Positions 1 through 11,094 of a DNA stretch of 32,000 nucleotides are shown piece after piece. Numbering within the stretch: position 1 is the stretch's first letter; each line of letters opens with the position of its first letter. The translations under genes and the position numbers were made by a program. Source of the DNA: Zygophlyctis sp. KS116 (Eukaryota > Fungi > Chytridiomycota). A model generated the notes under the pieces. That model ran no database searches, was not told the DNA's origin, and worked only from the letters and a program-made list of their open reading frames with translations. The stretch lies in NCBI GenBank assembly GCA_054661495.1, contig BAAFSQ010000062.1, forward strand, positions 15,472-47,471, written 5' to 3'.

Positions 1-1
1 C

Positions 2-622
2 AAGAGAGGATCTGTCAATGCTCTAAGTCAAGTATTCTTAAGTATTTGGTTAATTGGAGATATTACTAATTTGATTGGATCTATTCTTACAAACCAACAA
101 CCATTTCAAATCAGGCTCGCAGCTTATTTTGTTTCCATAGATGTGGTAATGCTGATACAATATCTACATTTAAAATCTCAAAGATCGACAGAAACTGAAC
201 CTCTTTTACAACCAGATTCTTCTTTAATAATACCAATAATTGTATCGTCACTTGCATCCCCTGTATCTGCTCAAATAGACACTATCCCAGATAATTTACA
301 TCAACTAGACTATAAAATCGGTCTTTTAGTTTCTTGGATTTGTGCTCTCTTATATCTATCTTCAAGAATACCCCAAATACTTTTAAATTATAACAAGAAA
401 TCAGTGTCTGGCCTCTCTATTTCAATGTTTATCTGTGCGTTTATGGGAAACTTGACTTATTCTACCTCTCTAATATTGTCGGATGATGCAAACACTGGAG
501 GATCTGAATTTTGGATTAAATCAATTCCATTTCTTGTAGGATCCTTTGGGACTCTTTGTCAAGACTTGGTAATTTTCCTTCAAAGTTTCTTATACTCTAA
601 AAAATTCGACAATTCAGCTTAA
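2..622 (+). CDS. PQ-loop vacuolar/lysosomal amino-acid transporter (Ypq/PQLC2 family), 5'-truncated by the window edge
   Basis: Frame is open from base 2 (KRGSVNALSQVFLSIWLIGDITNLIGSILTNQQPFQ). Second PQ motif LYLSSRIPQILLNYNKKSVSGLS; C-terminal GSFGTLCQDLVIFLQSFLY; multiple hydrophobic helices. Stop TAA at 620-622. Confidence 0.85.
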   Translation, partial: KRGSVNALSQVFLSIWLIGDITNLIGSILTNQQPFQIRLAAYFVSIDVVMLIQYLHLKSQRSTETEPLLQPDSSLIIPIIVSSLASPVSAQIDTIPDNLHQLDYKIGLLVSWICALLYLSSRIPQILLNYNKKSVSGLSISMFICAFMGNLTYSTSLILSDDANTGGSEFWIKSIPFLVGSFGTLCQDLVIFLQSFLYSKKFDNSA

Positions 623-1335
623 AGAAATATATTTGAATTAGTTTGATTCTTATCTGCAACATGATTTTTTAATTTCAATTGATACATTTCCTTTGCCTTT
701 AAGCCTTGCTCATCTATAAACGTTCTCCCATATCTATACTCTTCTGAGCAGTTAAAATGCGAATCTGGCATCGGCAAAATTGAAGCCTTTGTATCTTTAT
801 ATTTGTAATATGCATCTTTAGGAATTTCTTTAGAAGAATCCTTTTTAAAACTTGATTGATTTCCTTTTTGGAATTGTTTTTCAGTCATTAGAATATTCTG
901 AAATCCAAACTTTTGCACAGCTTCTTGAGAATCTTTAGAATCTCTTATTTCCGCAGATTGTAATCTACCGACTGCATTAATTTCATCATTTCTCTTAATC
1001 ACAGCATTCTTAGAGATTATCCTATCGAATCTTCCAAAGTTTGAGACTGGACCAAGAATATAATCATTTCCAGCCGAGCCAGCGATCGATAATCCTAGAG
1101 CAAACTGCTGACCATGATACTGAGGCGGATACGGTGGAGCAGGCGAAACTCCTGAATCTTTGAGTTTTCTTAGAAATGAAATTCTATTAGAGAATCCAAA
1201 AGTAGTTTTCCTACATCGCTTACTGTATGCCATTGAGCTTTGAATCATTCCTGGAGGGGAATCGCCGCATCTATCCTTGTGTGCCTGCAATCTATTTGGA
1301 GGAAAGTCATGGGGTACAAGTGGTCTAGTTTGCAT
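619..1335 (-). CDS. Hypothetical 238-aa basic, hydrophilic protein
   Basis: ATG-initiated 717-nt ORF that fills the space between flanking genes, head-to-head with POL2. No family recognised. Confidence 0.65.
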   Translation of the reverse strand: MQTRPLVPHDFPPNRLQAHKDRCGDSPPGMIQSSMAYSKRCRKTTFGFSNRISFLRKLKDSGVSPAPPYPPQYHGQQFALGLSIAGSAGNDYILGPVSNFGRFDRIISKNAVIKRNDEINAVGRLQSAEIRDSKDSQEAVQKFGFQNILMTEKQFQKGNQSSFKKDSSKEIPKDAYYKYKDTKASILPMPDSHFNCSEEYRYGRTFIDEQGLKAKEMYQLKLKNHVADKNQTNSNIFL

Positions 1336-1416
1336 TTATGATTATGCAAGTCAATATTTACTCTAGGATAATGAACAATGGACTTAAATCGATAGACAAT
1401 GAACAATGGAAATAGT

Positions 1417-1447
1417 TTCGGACAATCGACAAGCGCTGACGTCCGAA
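1417..1447. promoter_or_regulatory. Inverted pair of GTCCGAA motifs in the divergent promoter of the unknown gene and POL2
   Basis: TTCGGAC at 1417-1423 and GTCCGAA at 1441-1447. The same heptamer recurs in other intergenic regions. Confidence 0.5.
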
Positions 1448-1471
1448 GCGCGCTCTTCATTTTCATTTCGG

Positions 1472-4400
1472 ATGGCAAAAACGTTTGGATTGGTGCAAAA
1501 GTCAAAGTTTGGAAAGCGCAGATATACTCAATCAAAACAATATCATCAACGTCTGACAGGATCAGGTAGCTCAAAAGCAAAGGCTTCGCAACCCGCTTTA
1601 GGAGACGCAGGATACAATAGAGACGATCTGCAGGCTAAAAATGATATGGACGCTTTAATGGGGTTTGATAGCTATGTACAGGGACCGGAAAGACTAGGCT
1701 GGCTAGTTAATATGCACCCAACGGTTGTCTATGAAAGTGAATCAGATTCAGGGAAATCTGGTTGTGATTTGTATTTTATTACAGAAGAACGGGAAACATT
1801 TAAAGCCACTGTATTGTTTGAACCGTACTTTTATATAATTTGCAAGGTATTTTTTTATTTTTAGAAAAATTAGGAAAATACTTTGGTGGAAGTTGAAGAT
1901 TACTTGAGGAGAAAGTTTTCAAAGACTTTATTGTCTTTACAAAAAGTGGAAAAGGATGATTTAAGCTTACCAAATCATTTATTGGGAAACAAAAGGAATC
2001 TAATTAAACTATTATTCAAGAATACGCAAGATTTGATATCTGTAAAGAATGTATTAAGGCCGGCGGCCGATATAAATAGGAAAAAAATGGAAAATACAGG
2101 AATGTTTGAACAGGTTCAAGGGTAATATTATTTATTTTAACTTTAGACTAACTGAAGCTAATCATCAACCTTTTGAAAAATCTGAAAAAATATCCAGTAA
2201 AAATACTCAAGATGTTCTTGAAAATATACTGGAATTACGTGAATTTGATGTCCAATATTATATAAGAGTAGCTATAGATTGTGGTATATTTCTTATATTT
2301 TTCTTAAAAATAGATTTAAGAGTGGGATTATGGTATTCTGTAAAGGCTATACAAGGAATGATAAATATTAAATCATGTCCCGAAAAAATTACTAGAGCTG
2401 ATCCTATTATATTTGCATTTGATATAGAAACTACTAAACTTCCGCTCAAGTTTCCTGATTCTAGTTTTGATAATATCATGATGATTTCTTATATGGTAGA
2501 TGGTCAAGGATTTCTCATTACTAATCGAGAAATTGTTAGTGAAGATATTGATGATTTTGATTATACACCAAAGCCTGAATTTGAAGGACCATTTATGATT
2601 TTTAATGAGGAAGACGAGGTAGAATGGTATAATTTAAGCTTTAGATTGCTCTTTTAAGGAGATTCTTTGAACATATTCGTGAAATTAAACCAACGGTTTT
2701 TGTCACTTATAATGGAGATTTTTTCGATTTTCCTTTTATTGAAGCTCGAGCTAATTTTCATGGATTGAATATGCAGAATGAAATTGGTATATTCAAGAAT
2801 GGCAGTGGTGAATATAGTTCTTTTACTGCGATGCACATGGACTGCTTTTGTTGGGTGAAACGTGATTCATACTTGCCACAAGGGAGTCAAGGATTAAAGG
2901 TGAATATATAGCTTTAATTCTTAGGCTGTGACTACAGCTAAACTTGGATATGATCCTGCTGAATTGGATCCCGAAGATATGACACGGTAGAATATCCGAA
3001 CTGATTAAATAGATTTGCTGCCGAAAAGCCTCAGGTTCTCGCTGAATATTCCGTTTCTGATGCTGTAGCTACATATTACCTCTATATGAAATACGTCAAT
3101 CCATTTATCTTCTCATTGTGTAATATTATCCCGATGAATCCTGACGATGTGCTAAGAAGAGGATCTGGTACACTTTGCGAACATCTATTGATGGTAATTC
3201 TATCTATATTAAGAATAGGTGCAAGCTTTTAAGGCCAATGTCATTATGCCAAATAAGCATCAAGATGACGGAATTAAATTCTTTCAAGGCCATCTGTTAG
3301 AGAGTGAGACGTATGTCGGTGGGCATGTTGAAGCTTTGGAGGCTGGAGTCTTTAGAAGTGATATTCCTACAAAATTCCGTTTGGTTCCTTCGGCTTTCCA
3401 ACAGGTATAGCGAAATTTGCTCATAAATGTAGTTAATTGATGAGCTTGATAATGCGTTAACATTTTCCATTCAAATCGAGGGCAAAATAAATATGGAGGA
3501 TGTCTCAAATTATCAAGAGGTATAAATCCGTGGTTAATTTTAACTTTAGGTTAAAGACCAAATAACTGAGGCTTTAGTCGAACTTAGAAATACTCCTAAT
3601 AGAATCGAGAAGCCTTCAATCTACCATTTGGATGTTGCGGCCATGTACCCCAATATTATTCTGACAAATCGACTTCAACCAGATGCTATTGTTAATGAAA
3701 GCATTTGTGCTACCTGTGATTTCAATCAAGGCCCTGAAAGTCAGTGCCAGAGACGGATGGAATGGTCATGGAGAGGAGAATATATGCCTGCGAAAAAAAG
3801 TGAATATAATATGATTCGACATCAACTAGAACAAGAATCATTTCCCTCTAAATATGATCCGGATATTTTGAAATCATTTCACGACCTTTCATTATCGGAG
3901 CAATCTGTGACAATCAAGAAAAGATTGGCAGACTATAGCCGAAAAGTTTACAACCGTATTCATGAACACACTGTAATTCAAAAAGAATCTATCGCTTGTC
4001 AGCGAGAAAATCCCTTCTATATTAATACAGTGCGTAATTTCAGAGATAGACGTTATGAATACAAAGGACTTTTAAAATTATGGAAGAAAAAAGCAGATGA
4101 AGCTTCATCTGATGGTGATACGATGGCTTTAGACGAGGCTAAGCGGCTAATTACAGTATATGATAGTTTGCAATTAGCGCACAAATGTATCTTGAACTCT
4201 TTTTATGGCTATGTGATGCGGAAAGGTGCAAGATGGTATAGTATGGAGATGGCTGGAATCGTGTGCTTGACTGGATCTAGAATTATTCAGCTTGCTCGTA
4301 GTCGTGTAGAACAAATCGGTCGGCCGCTAGAGCTAGATACTGATGGTATATGGTGTATTGTACCAGCAACTTTTCCAGACAATTTTGTTTTTAGTCTCAA

Positions 4401-7400
4401 GAATGGAAAATCATTTCCAATTTCATATCCATGTGTAATGTTGAATCACTTGGTCCATGATCAATTTACAAACCATCAATACCAAGAACTTCAGGATGAA
4501 GACTCTTACAAATATTCAATGAGAAGTGAAAACAGTATTTTTTTCGAAGTCGATGGACCGTACAGGGCCATGATTTTGCCATCATCAACAGAAGAAGATA
4601 AGCTATTAAAAAAAAGATATGCTGTATTCAATGATGATGGCACATTGGCCGAATTAAAGGGGTTTGAAATCAAACGTAGAGGTGAATTGAAACTGATCAA
4701 GATTTTTCAAAGTGAAATATTCAAGGCCTTTCTCTTGGGCACAAATTTGGAAGAATGCTATGAATCGGTCGCGCTCGTAGCTAACAGATGGTTGGATGTT
4801 TTATACAGTAAAGGAATAGAACACACAGACGAGGAGTTATTTGATTTGATTTCGGAGAATAGAAGCATGTCTAAATCATTAGAATACTATGGTGCTCAAA
4901 AGTCCACCTCAATCAGTACCGCCAAGCGTTTGGCTGAATTTTTAGGTGATCAAATGGTCAAAGATAAGGGACTTAACTGCAAATTCATCATCTCTCAAAA
5001 GCCTGTTGGAGCTCCTGTTAGTGAAAGGGCTATTCCAGTTGTGATTTTTCAAGCTGAGCCGAGTATTCAAAAACATTTTCTTCGTAAGTGGCTAAAAGAT
5101 TCATCTATTCAAACTCCCAATATACGTGAAATTGTAGATTGGAAATACTACTACGAAAGGTTTGGTAGCGTAATTCAAAAAATTATTACCATTCCAGCTG
5201 CAATGCAGGGAATCAAAAACCCCGTCCCGAGAATTGCTCATCCTGATTGGCTATTCAAACGAGTGGCAGCGTTAGATGATAAGGTCAAACAAATCCGCAT
5301 CACCGATTTTTTCAATCCTAAAGCTTCAAAAGAGGAAGGTTCAGATGGAAATATCTCTGATAGGGGCTCAGTTGATCTAGAAGATATAAGAATTCCATTT
5401 TCGTCTCAGATTTCTCCAATGAAAAAGGAAATGAATCCACCAGAGAAAAATTCAGCCGAAAAACCTGATATGATGACTGATTACTACGGATGGCTTGCTT
5501 TACAGAAAGAAAAATGGCGCTTGATGGTGAAGAAAAATATAAGCGACCGTGCCTTGCATGGTTCAGATTATGAGCGACAAAAAAAGCTCAGGACATTTGA
5601 AAAAAATAGCATTGAAGGATTTCTACATCGTCAGGCTGACACTATTCTCAGATTTTCTTGGAATATTTTGCAAATCACAGAAACCGATATCCCTGGAAAT
5701 TTCAGAGTTTGGGCACTTGTGGAGAATAATGTGTATTCTATAAAGCTCTCAATTCCGAGAATTTTTTATGTTAATAGTAGAGTTTACAATCCAGAATTGG
5801 AAAATATTTCCTCGGCTTATAAAGTTATAGGAGTAAACAAAACTTTACCGAGATCTCAGACATGCATGTATCTCTACGAATTTACTATGACAGAGTCTTT
5901 TTATATTGAAAATTCTGGACGGTTTGCTCAGCTATTCAATCATGAAAATATTGAGGGAGTTTATGAACTTCAAATTCCTTTGATATTTAGAGCTTTAACC
6001 CTTTTGGGATCTGTCGTTAAAGTACAACGCCATCGAATCTCTGAAAAGAAAGGCCTTGATTCTTCGTTTGAAATTGATGATCTTGCTCGGGACTTAAAAA
6101 CAGCTAATTCATATATCCCAAGAGAATTCAAGTTGAATTATTTATTCTTATTTCATTGCTCTAGTGAAAATGGTGTTCGACAAGTTTTTGGTCTTTTTTC
6201 CGCACCAAGTAATATTCTTTGGATTGTCATTGTTGACCCTGGTCAGAATCAGGAAGCAGTACCTAATGTTAAGAAAATTTACAGTGATAAACGTGCAGAC
6301 TCTGCTCCTTTTGCAACTCAAAGTACTGACTTAATGGAAATTTCTGACATGATTGAATATCCCGAGAATTTGGATGTTAAAGTTTCACTACATTCTCAGG
6401 AGAAAGATGCTTTGCAAGCTTTAAACAGGGCATTTGGAGAATACAAGGATCAACGCAAAGGAAATACAGTAGTAGCTCTACAATCAGCGCACTCGATAAG
6501 ACATTTAAGTATGTTAGGTTTGTCAATCTCCTTGGATTTTCCAATCTTGTCCGTGCCTTTCCATCAAGCGGACAACATATTTCCCGCTTTCGGGTGGCAA
6601 TCAAACTGTATAAGAAGAATGATTGATCACTATTTTAATCTTAACGACTTTTTAAAAGATCGTCTTTCTCTTGCAAGATACGGAGATGTTCCCATTTGTA
6701 ATATTGATCATGACTATACTGTTTTTTTGTCAGATTTATTTCTCTCTAGAAAATTAAAACGGGCTGATATGATAAGTTGGTATTCACCTTCTGAAAAGCC
6801 CGATCTTGGAGGAAGGGAGTTGGATGATAATAAACATGATTTGGATGAATTGGCGATTACTGAAATAAATGTGCCAGGTAATTATCCTACTGTATGTATT
6901 GAATTGAATGTATGGGACCTGGCATTAAACACTCTTATTCAGTCGAGTATTTTTGACGAATTCGAAGGAAGTTTCGGTGGCCAAGTTGAAATGAAATCAC
7001 ATTTATTAGATCATCATCTAAAAAATGCTGAAGAAGGCCATGGGCAGAAAGATTCTCTGAGCTCTTTTGCTAGCGCTGGTGAAAGTCGGATTTCAACTGT
7101 CACATTTGGAATTATCCGTAATATGATTAGATCATGGTCAGAAGACATTGTAAAACACAAAAGGATAGCGTCATCAATGCTAGAACATTTATACAGGTGG
7201 ATAACCAGCTCATCATCTCGACTATTTGACCCAGCTATATATCATCTAATTCATGAATTGATGAAGCGTGTTTATATTCATTTAATAGCCGATCTGAAAA
7301 CTTATGGATCTCAGATAATTTACGCATCATTTCACAAAGTTGTACTCGCTACCGCAAAGGCTGATGTTAATAATGCAATAGCTTATATGACATATTTACT

Positions 7401-8514
7401 TCATTCATTACGGAAAAAGGAAATGTTTACTCATATTGATCTGAAGCCAGTCAATGTTTGGGATCATTTGATATGGATGGATATGTTTAATTATGGCGGA
7501 ATTCTCTATGAAAATATTGAAGAAATAATAGGATCCGAGAATTACAATCGTGAAAATGGTCAAATGAAGATTGAATCTACTGTTGATTTCCGATGGAATA
7601 TGGCAGAATATCTTCCACCAGCTTGTAAAAAATATTTTATCAAATTTGCTGCCGAATATGTTTTCGAAATTGATCAGTTCAAAAAAAAACAAAAAATCAT
7701 TGCTGCATCTTCAAATACAGAAAATGAGGACGCATCAAAAGGAATGGTAGGATTTGTACCAGCATCCAAAATATTGGAAAATTTATCCATGTTTACTCGA
7801 CAGCTTCTAAGCACTGTTATGAAGCGTCGATTGTTACAAGTTATAAGACAGATTCAACGACAGGAGATAAATGAGGAAGAAGTATCACTGGAATCACAAT
7901 ACGAGTTTCCTATTCTTCCTGGATCACATTTGATATTAAAAAATCCAGCACTAGAATTCGTTAAACATATCACTAAATTATTTTCTTTGGATTCAGCAGT
8001 CTCTCGAGAGTCACGACTATTAAGAAGAGATTTACTAAATTTAATTGGAATCAGGGAATTCAGTGATGAAGCCAAATTTACCAATCCTTGTGAAACATTT
8101 TGTCTTCAGCAAGTTATATGTGACTTTTGTAATCATTGCCAGGATTTGGATCTTACGAGAGAAGACAATACCGAAATTGATGAAGATGAAGAGTTGGATA
8201 TTCAAAGGAAAAATTCATGGAGTTGTCCTAGTTGTCATACTCTATACGATAAGTTGGGAATAGAACAGAAATTAGTCAATATTGTTCGTAAACGTCTATT
8301 AACTTGGCAATTGCAAGATTTGAAATGTGAAAGATGTAAATTAGTTCGAGCTGAAGAGATACTGACAACTTGTGCAGAGTGTACTGGCAAATTGGTCACA
8401 GAACTCGATAAAAATGTATTTGTAAGAAGAATGAAGGTATTTCAGAATATTGCAGAATTCTATGAAATGAATTTACTCAAAGAAGTTGTTGGTTGGGCGA
8501 CATGTTTAATTTGA
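1472..8514 (+). CDS. POL2: DNA polymerase epsilon catalytic subunit A; 9 introns: 1847-1873, 2122-2146, 2284-2313, 2619-2644, 2900-2924, 2987-3012, 3194-3218, 3405-3432, 3520-3549
   Basis: [13 protein letters not shown]-terminus, exonuclease [14 protein letters not shown], polymerase motifs DVAAMYPN and ELDTDG, CysX (CATCDFN), C-terminal CysA (CDFC..CPSC) and CysB (CERC..CAEC). Removing the GT-AG introns gives one continuous frame. An in-frame ATG at 1406 is an alternative start. Confidence 0.97.
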
Positions 8515-9168
8515 TGAATTCTGATAAAATTCTTATTTTACCAGTATCTATAATTGGCTCTGGAAAAACGACTCTAGCCAAAGTCTTGAGTAATGTATGT
8601 CCATATTCTTTTTGTCATATACAAAATGATAATATGCCCAGGAAGTGTACCGCAAAACATTTTCTGAGTCATGTTTTGAAAGCATTTGAGACTCATCAAG
8701 TTGTGTTTGCCGATAAGAATAATCATTTGGGAATGCATCGGGAGAAGATTGCTCAATTGTTTTTAGAAAGATATCCAAATGGTTTTATTGGTATTTAGCA
8801 TATAGTTACAAATTAGTGGCGTTGGATTGGATGGTTGAAAGTTATGATAAGACAGCAGTTGTTGAATTGTGTAAGCGGCGGGTCATGGATCGGTGGGTTT
8901 TATTTAATTAATAGATAGAGGGGAAGATCATCAATGTTTAACTCCATCATTGACACCGCAGTATCAATCTATTATTTACGATTTTCTCGTAAAAAGGGAT
9001 CCGCTTGATATCAGAAATAAATCAGATTTCCGTATTCATAAAGTTATCAAGATGATGCTATTCGAAAATGCATCCACCAATGTTCAGATAGTTTGCAGGG
9101 AGCTCGCTTGGGAGTGTCCTTTGCAGGATCAGTTGGATCAGTTGATTAAACATGTTACAAAAAAGTAG
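8514..9168 (+). CDS. Stand-alone Trl1-type (fungal tRNA ligase) 5'-OH polynucleotide kinase domain, about 200 aa; introns 8791-8816, 8893-8918
   Basis: ILILPVSIIGSGKTT P-loop, HIQNDN, VVFADKNNH and spliced RVMDRGEDHQ match the motif series of the Trl1 kinase module. No ligase or cyclic phosphodiesterase domain. ATG at 8514 (or in-frame ATG at 8502). Confidence 0.8.
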
Positions 9169-9170
9169 CT

Positions 9171-10920
9171 TTATGAAAAATAAGCAGTTACTTTGCTGTT
9201 CTTTAGAACCTTTGATAAATGTGAAATTACTTCTCTAGACAATTTTTGGCAATTGGTAAAATGTAGATTTTGCCATGAGGATCCAGAATTTTGAGCCAGA
9301 TCAATAATGCCACGGTTGGTCACGATACTATCTGATATATTAAGTGAGTGAATATTTGGATAGTTTTGAAGAAAATCCAAAAGTTTATCAGAAATGGTTG
9401 ATATATCAAGACTTTCAAAGCAGTAATTTGATTCCAATAAACTCTGGATTCCATCTTCAGAAATTTTCGGACACTTTGAAAGATTTATTGTCTTTAGAGA
9501 AAGTGACGAGAGTTTGACTATTCCTTGATTAGAAATGTGCGCACATCCTTTAAAATTTATATGGGTTAGTTTTCGACAAGATTTAGAAATTAAGGAAATT
9601 ATTGAGTCATCTAAAAACGGTGTTTTTGGGATCTCTAATCTTTCCAGGTTCGGAGAGTTACTAATAAATCTGGAAAAATCATCTTTAAAGTTATTTGATG
9701 TGAATGAGTTTCCTCCAAAAACTATCCATGTCCATCCAGAATGCTTGGATAACGTATTTAATGTTCGATTAGTAATTTTTGTGGATCCACTTATATCAAT
9801 CCCTTGCAATAACGGGGCTGCATTGATAACACTAATTATTGAATTATCAGATAAATCTTGTGAATGTGAGACCCATAGCTCTGTCAAGGCCAACGGAATA
9901 TTTGCATTCTTGAATTTATCACAGACAGCAAATCCTGCATCAGTGATAAGAGGACATTTTGAAACATTTAAACATTTTAAAGATCTACAAAGATCAAAAA
10001 TTCGGCGTAAACAGGTGTCATCTGTTCGGGTATCTTCCAGTATTAAATTAGTAAGAGACTTCCCCATACACCTTAGTGCATCAATTAATGCAGATGAATT
10101 AATTCTTGTGCAAGTCAAATCCAAATATATAATACTTCTACATCTATGAGTAATCAGTGATTTGAGATCATTGATTAAACTGCAATTCTTTAGAGATAAT
10201 TTAAAAATTCGATCTTTCGCAATGTTTATAATCACTTCTAAAGATATTTTATCAATTTTTCTAGAGAATGATTCCAAGTCTAATTCACGCCATAGTAAAC
10301 TGGTTCCATTTACCACTGCTCTCCAGTGCTTTGAAACTTGAGACATTCGACATCTATCTCTTAATGGCAAATACCTAAAATTTATTCATAAACATAATAC
10401 CATAATACAATATTCATTAATTCTACCGGTAAAATCCTTTGTTTTAAATTTTCTTTATAAACTTGAACATTGTTTGTTTTCCGAATTTTGACAATTTTCT
10501 TGGACCTGAGTTTTATATCATTCTCCTTGTCTTCTATTTCCTAAATTTTAAAATTGCTATTTATACCTTGTATTTAGGATCACTTTTGTCTACATTTGCC
10601 TGTCCTAACTCAACAACTTTTAATGCATTATCAAACTGTCCGAGAGCATTGTAACACTTGATCGCCTTTAAGTACGCCCGTGGCTCTACTGGGAACAGCT
10701 TTAAAAGTTTTTTAAGATCAGTCAATGCACTTTGATCATCTTTTAGCGCTGTCAAACAATTTGCTCGAAGATGCAATAAATGAAAATCATGTTTATGAAT
10801 TTTCAGTCCCTTTCTTTACTTTGACATGAATACCTTTGAGGCCTTAATTATTGCCTCTTTATACCGTTTATACTTATAATCAGAGACTGCATCATTTAAA
10901 TAAGGACTGGAGGAATCCAT
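9171..10920 (-). CDS. TPR + F-box + LRR protein (Dia2/Pof3-like SCF substrate receptor); introns 10810-10833, 10541-10566, 10375-10400
   Basis: N-terminal TPR helices (AYLKAIKCYNALGQFDNALKVVELG), spliced F-box LPVELMNIVLWYLPLRDRCRMSQVSKHWR, then cysteine-containing LRRs (LNVSKCPLITDAG, INLSKCPKISEDG). This domain order is that of yeast Dia2 and S. pombe Pof3; orthology is inferred. Confidence 0.8.
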
Positions 10921-10941
10921 TAAAACTTTATAAATTAAACA

Positions 10942-10973
10942 GAATGTCCGAACTGGGAACGAATGTCCGAACT
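10942..10973. promoter_or_regulatory. 13-bp direct repeat GAATGTCCGAACT in the Dia2-like/DNA2 divergent promoter
   Basis: Exact copies at 10942-10954 and 10961-10973, each containing GTCCGAA. Confidence 0.6.
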
Positions 10974-11094
10974 CTGCGGATATGAATTATAATCTTTGCG
11001 CCTCTAAAACCCCAAAACGACTCCTGTGTCACCGGCCTAAGCTGGACTGAATGACATATTAGAGCGGAATCAGTGGATATATTAATACTTTAGT

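Noticed and set aside
3550-8514. Intein or viral-type insertion in the B-family polymerase
   Set aside because: Motif spacing and total length fit ordinary eukaryotic Pol epsilon. No intein splice junction or LAGLIDADG motif seen.
9535-10149. 204-aa plus-strand ORF and other antisense ORFs (e.g. 1245-1580, 16759-17109, 27738-28067, 30008-30205, 30431-30661)
   Set aside because: Shadow frames opposite well-supported genes, with no recognisable motifs.
10982-11093. uORFs (10982-11050, 11051-11062) and a possible 21-nt intron (11073-11093) upstream of DNA2
   Set aside because: No TSS information. Splicing would not join any upstream ATG in frame (stop at 11038-11040), so it cannot be supported.
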